The position numbers and the translations under genes were made by a program. The notes under the pieces are model-generated. The model saw nothing but the letters and a program-made list of their open reading frames with translations. It was not told the DNA's origin and ran no database searches. Positions 26,274 to 34,262 of a stretch of DNA of 64,000 bases are shown one piece after another. Location of the stretch: NCBI GenBank assembly GCA_045586125.1, contig JAZMZT010000218.1, positions 22,006 to 86,005 on the forward strand. The letters are read 5' to 3'. Every line of letters starts with the position of its first letter. The stretch's first letter is position 1. The DNA is from Bacteroidaceae bacterium. GTDB taxonomy: Bacteria > Bacteroidota > Bacteroidia > Bacteroidales > Bacteroidaceae.

Positions 26274-27254
26274 AACCAGTACATAAGGCACCGGAGCCAA
26301 TACCGGCAGAATATCTTGATCAGGTGTTCTTTGAGGATTGTTACTATGGTCTTGACCGCCTTCCGTCAGGATCCATGGACTGTGTAATTACATCTCCGCC
26401 TTATTATGCTCTGCGTGACTACAATATGAATGGGCAGATAGGCCTTGAGGCTACTCCTACGGAATATATAGAGCGTTTGGTTAATGTTTTTACAAAAGTC
26501 AAACGTGTGCTCAAGGATACCGGTGTTATGTGGATTGTCATAGGTGATACCTATTGCAATTCCACGAAAGGAGCCGCAAACTACCCTGATAATGCCAAAC
26601 AATATCTGCAGGGTACCAATCGTGGAACTCTTAGCAAGGCTACCTCTTTCCGCTATAATAGCGGTTTCCATACAGGTGAACTCTTAGGTAACCCTTGGAG
26701 GCTCGCTTTTGCTCTTCGTGATGCCGGCTGGCGTTTGCGTCAGGATGTAATCTGGCATAAGCCTAATCCTATGCCTGAGCCTGTTAAAAGCCGTTGCACA
26801 CGCTCTCATGAGTATATTTTCATGTTCACCAAGAGCAATAAATATTATTTCAATTCTGAGGCTCTCCGCGAACCGGCGGTAAAAGGAATTGTTAAGGGGG
26901 AGTTCAACCACCGCAATGTCAAGTTTCTCGTACCAGGCCATAAACAGGTGCAGTTCCGTGGCAGTAATGTTTCTGATGTCATGCGTAACCGTCGTGATGT
27001 CTGGACCATCTCTGTTCGTCCGTCTATTGGTGATCACCATGCCGCATACCCTATTGATATACCTCTCACTTGCGCAGCCCTTAGCTGCTGCATGGGGGGG
27101 GGTAATTTTGGACCCCTTCATGGGCACAGGTACCACCGCCCGCGCCGCCCTCATGACAGGACGTCACTATATAGGCTTTGAAATCAACCCAGATTACAAA
27201 GCTCTGATAAAGACAAACATTTGTGTTACTAAGAATCTGTTTAATGATATTTAA
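26270..27254 (+). CDS. beta-class SPPY DNA methyltransferase, frame broken at a G9 tract
   Basis: Motif IV is [13 protein letters not shown]. After the G9 tract, [32 protein letters not shown] continues in the frame of track ORF 26889..27254. Eight G's give one continuous ORF (..[19 protein letters not shown]..). Confidence 0.8.
27094..27102 (+). repeat. G9 homopolymer tract T4 (reverse complement CAAAATTA-C9-A)
   Basis: Counted directly: tgcATGGGGGGGGGTAATTTTgg. Confidence 0.9.
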
Positions 27255-27304
27255 TTTGAAAACATCGTCACTGTGTTCCTTCATGTGGTAAATATTGATC
27301 TCTT

Positions 27305-29005
27305 ATGAGTAAAGTAAAAATACATTACATAGACCTTTTTTGTGGTGCCGGCGGTACTACTACAGGAGTTGAGCAAGCGCATATTGATAATATCAAGTGT
27401 GCCGATGTCATAGCCTGTGTCAATCATGATCCTCATGCTATTGCTTCACACCTGGCAAATCATCCATCGGCAAAACATTTCACTGAGGATATCCGCACTC
27501 TCGATGTCCGTCCTCTCGCAGAACTATGTCAGAATGTTCGTGCCAACCATCCTCATGATTATATAGTGCTTTGGGCATCGCTTGAATGCACCAATTTCTC
27601 TAAGGCAAAAGGAGGTATGCCTCGTGATGCAGACAGCCGTACTCTTGCCGAGCATTTGTTTAGGTATATAGAAGCCATCTGTCCGGACTATATTCAGATA
27701 GAGAATGTAGAAGAGTTTATGTGCTGGGGAGACCTGGATATCCACGGCCGTCCAGTAAGTAAGGATAAAGGTCGCTGTTATATCAAATGGGTAAAAGATG
27801 TAATGCGTTATGGCTATGACTTTGATTACAAGATCCTCAATGCTGCCGATTTTGGTGCATATACCAGTCGCCGTCGTTACTTCGGACTGTTTGCCAAACA
27901 TGGACTACCTATCGTTTTTCCTGAGCAAACACACGCAAAGAATGGTGATGAAGGTGGTCTGTTCAATCATTATAAGAAATGGAAACCAGTACGTGAGGTT
28001 CTTGACCTGGAAGATGAGGGTGATAGTATCTTTGGTCGTAAGAAACCTCTCTGTGAAAAGACCCTTGAGCGCATCTTTGCCGGGTTGGTCAAGTTTGTGG
28101 CTGGCGGTAAGGATAAATTTCTGCTTAAATGGAATTCGATGAAGGACGGGCGATATAGGGCACCCTCCATTGATGAACCTTGCCCTACGTTGCCATGTCG
28201 AAATGCTATCGGAGTGGTCAAGGCGCAATTTATTTCAAAGCAGTATAGTGGTCATCCTATGTCAAAGAACAAAAGTATAGAAGAACCGTCTGGTACTATT
28301 ACAACTATACCACATGAGGCGTTCGTGACGGCGTATTATGGTAACGGATTTAATTCTGACATACAGGAGCCGATGCCGACCATACCGACTAAGGATCGTT
28401 TTGGGCTGGTTTGTCCGAAATTTATATCTGAATATTATGGCGGTGCTGAACACAATCATAGTATAGACGTTCCGGCTACAACGATTAGAACGCGAGGCTG
28501 CCATGCTATTTTGACTACACAGTTTCTTGACAATCAGTATGGTAAAAGCCAGCCGACCTCCATTGATACCGCCGCGCCAACTGTCGTCAAAAATCCCAAG
28601 CAGAGCCTCGTTAGTACACAGTATCTGATGAATCCCTATTCGTTTAAGAGCAATGGTGGTAGTATCGATCATCCATGCTTCACGCTGATAGCACGTATGG
28701 ACAAGATGCCGCCATATCTAATCTCTACAGAGCAGGGGGTAGGCATCAAAATCTTCGACGATGACAGTCCCATGACTCGTAAGATTAAGGAGTTTATGGC
28801 CGCATACGGCATTGTAGATATAAAGATGCGTATGCTCAAGATAGATGAACTTAAACGCATACAAGGTTTCCCGTCAGACTATGTACTTGTAGGCAATCAG
28901 GCTGAACAAAAGAAATTCATAGGCAACGCTGTCGAAGTTGGCATGAGTCGTGTTCTGTGTGAAGCTCTTTACTCTGCCTTAGAACCTTTGAAAGCCGTAA
29001 TATAA
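27305..29005 (+). CDS. DNA (cytosine-5) methyltransferase
   Basis: Motif I DLFCGAGG, catalytic Cys region LECTNFS, ENV motif QIENVEEF, RRRYF, and C-terminal GNAV. 566 aa with a long variable region. Confidence 0.85.
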   Translation: MSKVKIHYIDLFCGAGGTTTGVEQAHIDNIKCADVIACVNHDPHAIASHLANHPSAKHFTEDIRTLDVRPLAELCQNVRANHPHDYIVLWASLECTNFSKAKGGMPRDADSRTLAEHLFRYIEAICPDYIQIENVEEFMCWGDLDIHGRPVSKDKGRCYIKWVKDVMRYGYDFDYKILNAADFGAYTSRRRYFGLFAKHGLPIVFPEQTHAKNGDEGGLFNHYKKWKPVREVLDLEDEGDSIFGRKKPLCEKTLERIFAGLVKFVAGGKDKFLLKWNSMKDGRYRAPSIDEPCPTLPCRNAIGVVKAQFISKQYSGHPMSKNKSIEEPSGTITTIPHEAFVTAYYGNGFNSDIQEPMPTIPTKDRFGLVCPKFISEYYGGAEHNHSIDVPATTIRTRGCHAILTTQFLDNQYGKSQPTSIDTAAPTVVKNPKQSLVSTQYLMNPYSFKSNGGSIDHPCFTLIARMDKMPPYLISTEQGVGIKIFDDDSPMTRKIKEFMAAYGIVDIKMRMLKIDELKRIQGFPSDYVLVGNQAEQKKFIGNAVEVGMSRVLCEALYSALEPLKAVI

Positions 29006-29007
29006 CT

Positions 29008-29460
29008 ATGGAAAAGGTTGGACGTATCACAATTATAAATCCTGATGGAGAGCCGGTTTGCGTAGCTAAATCCGGAACGATACGTATTGACGGTGTTGTG
29101 TACTCCCAAAAAGAGAGTCTATATAAAGATCCTGTCACCTTTACCTGTAGCGTAAAACCCAGTAAAGAGACATTAGAAAAAATTGAATCTATGTCGCAGT
29201 TCTACGATGCTCTTCGTGTAAAGATAACGGATTGCTTGGTGTTCTATTTGCGCAACAGAATAGTACCTCCTTTACGTGGTAACATTACTCGTGCTAAACT
29301 AAAAAAGCGTGACATAAAAGGAATCCTTATTTGCAAGGTAGATCCTTACTCTCTGTGTGGAATAGTCCAAGGTGGTAATGCTATCATGAAGGATGGTCAT
29401 ATTTCCCGTTTTGATTCCCTTGATGATAAAGTGTATGAACTAATCAAAATCAAATACTGA
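29008..29460 (+). CDS. hypothetical protein
   Basis: ORF track, 150 aa. Starts 3 nt after the upstream stop. Confidence 0.55.
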   Translation: MEKVGRITIINPDGEPVCVAKSGTIRIDGVVYSQKESLYKDPVTFTCSVKPSKETLEKIESMSQFYDALRVKITDCLVFYLRNRIVPPLRGNITRAKLKKRDIKGILICKVDPYSLCGIVQGGNAIMKDGHISRFDSLDDKVYELIKIKY

Positions 29461-29461
29461 T

Positions 29462-29953
29462 ATGAGTTGGATTACAGAAGTATTTATAGGCATCCGTTGT
29501 GACCGCTGTCATGAGATATATGAAGGCAGTAGTGATTGCTCATTCTTTTGTGATAAGGAATCCGCTGCTGAGTATGCGTCCGAGGATGGTTGGCTCCTTG
29601 AAAACGGCCACCATTACTGTCCTAACTGTTGGACGGATAATGAGGATGAGACCGAGCATATTATTCCGCCCGCCATTCCTCAGAGTATTTTCCGCCTGCA
29701 GGCTCTCTTACCTAACCTCACTGGCACTACACACCCAGTAGATTTCCGGGAGGATCCAGATAACTACTATTTTGAAATGTATATGGATCAGCATAAAGCT
29801 CCTGGTTTCAAGACAGAACTCCAGGCGTATGATTTCGATGCTATCCGTTTCACTCTCCAGCGAGATTTCCATGTTAATTATCTCAATGAGAATGGTCGCG
29901 TAATCCTTCCAAAAGTCATTATCCGTATCCCTAAATTCCCCGGTGAGAAATGA
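29462..29953 (+). CDS. hypothetical protein with N-terminal CxxC...CxxC zinc-ribbon-like pairs
   Basis: ORF track, 163 aa, with CDRCHE...CPNC. Confidence 0.55.
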   Translation: MSWITEVFIGIRCDRCHEIYEGSSDCSFFCDKESAAEYASEDGWLLENGHHYCPNCWTDNEDETEHIIPPAIPQSIFRLQALLPNLTGTTHPVDFREDPDNYYFEMYMDQHKAPGFKTELQAYDFDAIRFTLQRDFHVNYLNENGRVILPKVIIRIPKFPGEK

Positions 29954-30366
29954 AACTCTTTGACTTCCTAAAACGTAAGCCTAAGACCTTCAACGACCTC
30001 GTTGCAGGTGACACCCTCTATATCTGGTGGATGACTGGTCTTTATTACTTTAAGATAAAGTCTGTCAAGCGTTTGGATAGTGTTATAGAGGATGACTATA
30101 ATTTAGAGATTACCACAACTGGTATGTTTGATGGTGATGGTAAATACACAATACCAAACCTTGTCCGTAATTTCTCTGAGTTTGTCTATGGTACTGATGG
30201 CTGGCATGAATATAAGGTTTATGGCACTTCATGTCGTGGTACCAAACGTTTTTTGCGTCGCATACTCCGTCGTGACCTACGTGAACTCCGCCATAATACA
30301 CGTGGTTGGCTTCATCTTTTTAAAACATTAAAAAGGTATGAACACTCAGATTCAGCTAATAATTGA
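29950..30366 (+). CDS. hypothetical protein
   Basis: ORF track, 138 aa, with ATGA overlap to the upstream gene. Confidence 0.5.
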   Translation: MKLFDFLKRKPKTFNDLVAGDTLYIWWMTGLYYFKIKSVKRLDSVIEDDYNLEITTTGMFDGDGKYTIPNLVRNFSEFVYGTDGWHEYKVYGTSCRGTKRFLRRILRRDLRELRHNTRGWLHLFKTLKRYEHSDSANN

Positions 30367-30850
30367 CCGTTTCACTACTGCTCATGGCTATAACCGTTGG
30401 CTCGATGCCAGTGAGTTGGAGCAGCTTTTGAACAACTTCGTAGAGGAACTCCGTAAAGCTGGCCTCCTCATGCCTACTCTGTCCGCCGGTGCTTTGGCTC
30501 TCTGCCAGGAGCGTGAACGTCAGATCACGCAGAAAGGATTCACTGCGCAGCACGACCACTTTGAACCTCTACTCGGTTTCGTACAGGCCGCTCTGTACTA
30601 CACAGAGTGCGGCTTCTTTGCTTACCGTCATCGTAACGATTCTGATTGCATAGAGCGTATGGTGTCCGATGATTCCAAAGACATCCACAATAAGTGGCCC
30701 TTTGTTTGGGATAAGGCTCACCGTAAACCCAGCAATAATGCCATCTTCAATTTTACAAAGGCCGGAGCTCTCCTCGCTGCCGCTATAGACAAACTGATGG
30801 ACGAGAAGGCCTTCCGCGAATGGTATAATCAACAAACTCAATTCAAATAA
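30338..30850 (+). CDS. hypothetical protein
   Basis: ORF track, 170 aa. Confidence 0.5.
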   Translation: MNTQIQLIIDRFTTAHGYNRWLDASELEQLLNNFVEELRKAGLLMPTLSAGALALCQERERQITQKGFTAQHDHFEPLLGFVQAALYYTECGFFAYRHRNDSDCIERMVSDDSKDIHNKWPFVWDKAHRKPSNNAIFNFTKAGALLAAAIDKLMDEKAFREWYNQQTQFK

Positions 30851-30854
30851 TATT

Positions 30855-31067
30855 ATGGCTAATGAAAGTAGTAGTTCTGGTGTTGGCTTTTTGGGCTTAC
30901 TCGGAATTGTGTTTATCGTTTTGAAACTTACCAATGTCATAGATTGGTCTTGGTGGTGGGTACTGGCTCCATTTTGGATAGACGGATTGTTAATAGTCCT
31001 ATTGTTGATATTATGGGCCGTTGTAAAGATTAAAGAAAAACGTTGGGAACGGTTTCTCAAAAAATAA
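30855..31067 (+). CDS. small membrane protein (2 TM segments)
   Basis: 70 aa with hydrophobic stretches GFLGLLGIVFIVL and WWWVLAPFWIDGLLIVLLLILWAVV. Confidence 0.55.
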   Translation: MANESSSSGVGFLGLLGIVFIVLKLTNVIDWSWWWVLAPFWIDGLLIVLLLILWAVVKIKEKRWERFLKK

Positions 31068-31069
31068 GT

Positions 31070-31411
31070 ATGATTAACAAAAGCATGTTTTTTACTGAGT
31101 CCAATTTGAAGGACTATCGTGATATGTCTTTGGATGACATATTGCGGGAATATCTTTTGTGCAAAGGTACTTTTGACAGCGACGGAAAATCCGTTCATGA
31201 GACAGTTGCGCCTAAGATGTTGATTGATTCTGGCCTTTTTGTCTATGGACTAAAATCAAATGCCACTAATAAAAAAGCGGTGGAATATTATTGTGAAAGA
31301 GAGGCTCAAAGGCGTAACCTTATGTCAGGTGGTGTCATAAACATTCCAAAGGATTTATGGGATGAATGCAATAAAAAGAATATGGATTTCTGCAAACGTA
31401 ATGTGTTATGA
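31070..31411 (+). CDS. hypothetical protein
   Basis: Track ORF 31043..31411. The in-frame ATG at 31070 follows the upstream stop. Confidence 0.5.
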   Translation: MINKSMFFTESNLKDYRDMSLDDILREYLLCKGTFDSDGKSVHETVAPKMLIDSGLFVYGLKSNATNKKAVEYYCEREAQRRNLMSGGVINIPKDLWDECNKKNMDFCKRNVL

Positions 31412-31596
31412 CAAACGGAATCGTAATAAAGGGAATATCCTATAAGGCCGTCAATGTGAATACTGCCGGCGTTGCTCCCTTTGATAATTGCTCCAAGTGT
31501 GATTTACGTCGTATATGTGATAAAACAGGCGTAGAATATGCCTGTCAGCTTTTTCAGAGAAAGGACCATTTGGTTTATTTCAAGAAATTAGGATAA
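31408..31596 (+). CDS. hypothetical small protein
   Basis: ORF track, 62 aa, ATGA overlap. Confidence 0.45.
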   Translation: MTNGIVIKGISYKAVNVNTAGVAPFDNCSKCDLRRICDKTGVEYACQLFQRKDHLVYFKKLG

Positions 31597-31946
31597 TGTC
31601 AAAGGTTTCTTCAATAAAAGTGGTTCATCGTCCATTCATGTACCGTGCTACCGGTCTGGATGGTAAAGCCTATGAAGGTTGGTATGTTCGGTTACACCCA
31701 CTGGGTGTCGATACGGAAAATCATTATCTTATTAATGATTCCGGTCGTAATGAAAACGGATTCTGGCATGAGATAGACCCCAACACATTAGAGCCTCTGA
31801 ATAAATTAGAGGATGTCCATCGTTACTCCGTTCATACCAAAGGTCTCCCACGTAATCCGTCCGTCGGTGATCAGGTCTTTGGATTTGATGGCAACGGTGT
31901 TTTCCATAACCTCAAGTTTGACGGCTCCTCCTGGGTAGAAAAGTAG
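31596..31946 (+). CDS. hypothetical protein
   Basis: ORF track, 116 aa, TAATG overlap. Confidence 0.5.
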   Translation: MSKVSSIKVVHRPFMYRATGLDGKAYEGWYVRLHPLGVDTENHYLINDSGRNENGFWHEIDPNTLEPLNKLEDVHRYSVHTKGLPRNPSVGDQVFGFDGNGVFHNLKFDGSSWVEK

Positions 31947-31950
31947 AAGT

Positions 31951-32184
31951 ATGAGTGAAGTTAATTTTGATTTGATTGATATAGATGATCTCCGCGCTGA
32001 GTGCGGTTATGATTCTGAAATTCCAGGGGTTTACGGTTGTACCCATCCTGAGAATTGTGCACACTATTGTACGGCTTCTAATTGTCCTTTGGGTCCATTA
32101 GCCGAGAAGGATGATTTTAAAGCGTTGAATCGTGAAGATGATTATAGTGAAGGACAATATGTAGTAATATATAAACAGCAATAA
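31951..32184 (+). CDS. hypothetical small Cys-containing protein
   Basis: ORF track, 77 aa. Confidence 0.45.
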   Translation: MSEVNFDLIDIDDLRAECGYDSEIPGVYGCTHPENCAHYCTASNCPLGPLAEKDDFKALNREDDYSEGQYVVIYKQQ

Positions 32185-32186
32185 AA

Positions 32187-32888
32187 ATGACGAGATTAAA
32201 ACATATAACCTTTACAGGTATAGATGAGAGAGTAGATGTTGCTCAACTCTGTTCAATCCAAAAGGAATATCCTATTGCTGAGTTTGGATTTCTCACCTCA
32301 TATCATTGGTACGAGAATGGGAACCGTTACTTGGACCCTCGTATGATTCGTAAGTTTCTTGGTAAGGATTTGAATCTCTCACTTCATATCTGTGGCTCGG
32401 CCGCTCATGATGCAACCTTGGGTGACTATGGTGATATCCATCACTTGACCTATGGAACCTATGGATATATTCCTCGTATTCAACTTAACATATCTGAGCG
32501 TAAGGATAATCCAAAAGTCGTTAGTTCTACTCCATACGGTCATGAGATTATTATACAGCAACGAGACATTAACAACTTTGAACTATTCTCCTCTACGCAA
32601 GAGAAATGGAGAGAATATTGTGGCTCATTGTCAATTCTCCTCGATGCCAGTGGAGGACGTGGCATTAACACTCCCCTCTCGGTGCTGCCTCTTTCTTGTA
32701 AGGTAGGATATGCCGGCGGATTTAATCCTGATAATGTTTCAGAGAAACTGTCATATCTTTTAGCTAACCATACAACAGGTGACTTCTGGATAGATATGGA
32801 GTCTGGGGTCCGCACTGATGATTGGTTTGACCTTGATAAGGTTGTTGACGTTCTCAAAAAATGTCGTAAGTGTTTGGATAATGAGTGA
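32187..32888 (+). CDS. TIM-barrel protein resembling phosphoribosylanthranilate isomerase (TrpF-like)
   Basis: LLDASGGRGINTP...VGYAGGFNPDNVSEKL...IDMESGVRTDDWFDLDKV parallels the C-terminal half of TrpF (lD.s.GG.G...lAGGl.p.Nv...iD..SGvE...KD). The match was made by eye only. Confidence 0.4.
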   Translation: MTRLKHITFTGIDERVDVAQLCSIQKEYPIAEFGFLTSYHWYENGNRYLDPRMIRKFLGKDLNLSLHICGSAAHDATLGDYGDIHHLTYGTYGYIPRIQLNISERKDNPKVVSSTPYGHEIIIQQRDINNFELFSSTQEKWREYCGSLSILLDASGGRGINTPLSVLPLSCKVGYAGGFNPDNVSEKLSYLLANHTTGDFWIDMESGVRTDDWFDLDKVVDVLKKCRKCLDNE

Positions 32889-33229
32889 TAGAAAAATTTG
32901 ATATTATGCCATACGGAGTATGTAAAGTATGTGGATGCACTGACACAGACCCGTGTTGTCATCCTGACCATGGTAACTGCTGGTGGGTAGATGACACTCA
33001 TGAGCTTTGCTCTCATTGTGCCGATAAGGTTATAGCCGATGACCCCGCCACCCAGCATTGCATCAACAGCAAGGGCTTTGACCCCTATGCAGGTGTAGAA
33101 CGCAAAGACCTTGCCTCTCTCGGTTGCCCGTTTCCTGATGACGATGGAGCCATGTGTGCAGAATGCTCACACATGAACTTCTCAAGTATCATGACCGGTG
33201 AATGTGATTTAGGAATCCGTATCCAATAG
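32885..33229 (+). CDS. Cys/His-rich (zinc-binding-like) protein
   Basis: ORF track, 114 aa (GTG start; alternative ATG at 32906), with CKVCGCTDTDPCCHPDHGNCWW...CSHC. Confidence 0.5.
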   Translation: MIEKFDIMPYGVCKVCGCTDTDPCCHPDHGNCWWVDDTHELCSHCADKVIADDPATQHCINSKGFDPYAGVERKDLASLGCPFPDDDGAMCAECSHMNFSSIMTGECDLGIRIQ

Positions 33230-33233
33230 TATT

Positions 33234-33455
33234 ATGCAGATAAGACTACTAAAAGATACACAGTGCGCCGGTGATCTCCATGAGATGACCAACTATCCGC
33301 GTTCATGGTTTAAACCCAAACCTACTCTTCCCAAAGGTACGGTCCTGACTGTATCCGAGGAATGGGCCAACTTTTTTGGAGCTTACTACCGTTGTGAGCA
33401 TGAGAATGGCACTTATGATATCCCCTGTGCCGCTGCTGAACTTTTACCTCTATAA
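33234..33455 (+). CDS. hypothetical protein, paralog family X
   Basis: 73 aa. Clearly homologous to the N-terminus of 37673..38056 (L..CA.D.HE.T.YPR.W.KPKP.LPKGT.L...E.W.NF.G.YYRCEHE.G.YDIP). Confidence 0.6.
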   Translation: MQIRLLKDTQCAGDLHEMTNYPRSWFKPKPTLPKGTVLTVSEEWANFFGAYYRCEHENGTYDIPCAAAELLPL

Positions 33456-33458
33456 GAT

Positions 33459-34262
33459 ATGGATAATCGTATGTTTCCAAAATCTGTCCTGGATCAAATC
33501 CAGTTTCATGAAGGCAATGAACCCATTAAGGTTATGGCACCACCCAAAATTGATGTTGACAGTCGTCCGCGCAAGGATCCGTTTGGCTCAATTCTCCCAC
33601 GTCTTAAACCAATCCATCTCACTGATGAACAGGTTCAGGAGCTAAAAAAGATAATGAGCACTACTCATAAATACGGCATCTGCTCTGCTGCCACTATCGG
33701 TGAGGTCGCCGACGCTGTCGATGCTATTGGACTGTTTTTTGCATATAACAATGATTTATTCAAACCAAGAATGAAAGCAAGTGAACTCCAGTGCGGAGAT
33801 ATCGTTCGTGTAAATAAAGATGTATGTTTCAAAAAAGGTACCGTTGTAAGGATTATAGGCATAGATCCTGATAATGTCCTGCCAGAGAAAGGGTTGAAGG
33901 GTTGCGTCACTTGTGTCGCTGTTAATGATCCTGACGGTTATCGCGGTGGAGTCTGGTTGGATTATATTGAACCAATCCCTCTCTCTCGTCCGATGTTTGA
34001 GCGTAATGGCTTTCAATATGATGATTTTCATAAAAGGTATGTCTATCTTGAAATTCACCCTTTAACCTATAAAGGAAAGGAAGAGTCCTTTATTCTTGAA
34101 GTGTCTATACTGAAAGAGAATTATGAGCAGGAGTTTGATGAGTGGAGAATAATCACTCCTTCTGTCAGTGCTCGTGTCGAGTATCTCCATCAACTGCTGG
34201 AAATGTTACGCTATTCTGGATGTAAGTTAGAATTCAAGTATTATGCCGAGACCCTTAAATAA
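33459..34262 (+). CDS. hypothetical protein; C-terminal domain related to family Y
   Basis: 267 aa. The C-terminal segment (MFERNGFQYDD..YVYLEI...LLEMLRYSGCKLEF) resembles the shared domain of 35545..35982 and 37269..37673. Confidence 0.55.
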   Translation: MDNRMFPKSVLDQIQFHEGNEPIKVMAPPKIDVDSRPRKDPFGSILPRLKPIHLTDEQVQELKKIMSTTHKYGICSAATIGEVADAVDAIGLFFAYNNDLFKPRMKASELQCGDIVRVNKDVCFKKGTVVRIIGIDPDNVLPEKGLKGCVTCVAVNDPDGYRGGVWLDYIEPIPLSRPMFERNGFQYDDFHKRYVYLEIHPLTYKGKEESFILEVSILKENYEQEFDEWRIITPSVSARVEYLHQLLEMLRYSGCKLEFKYYAETLK

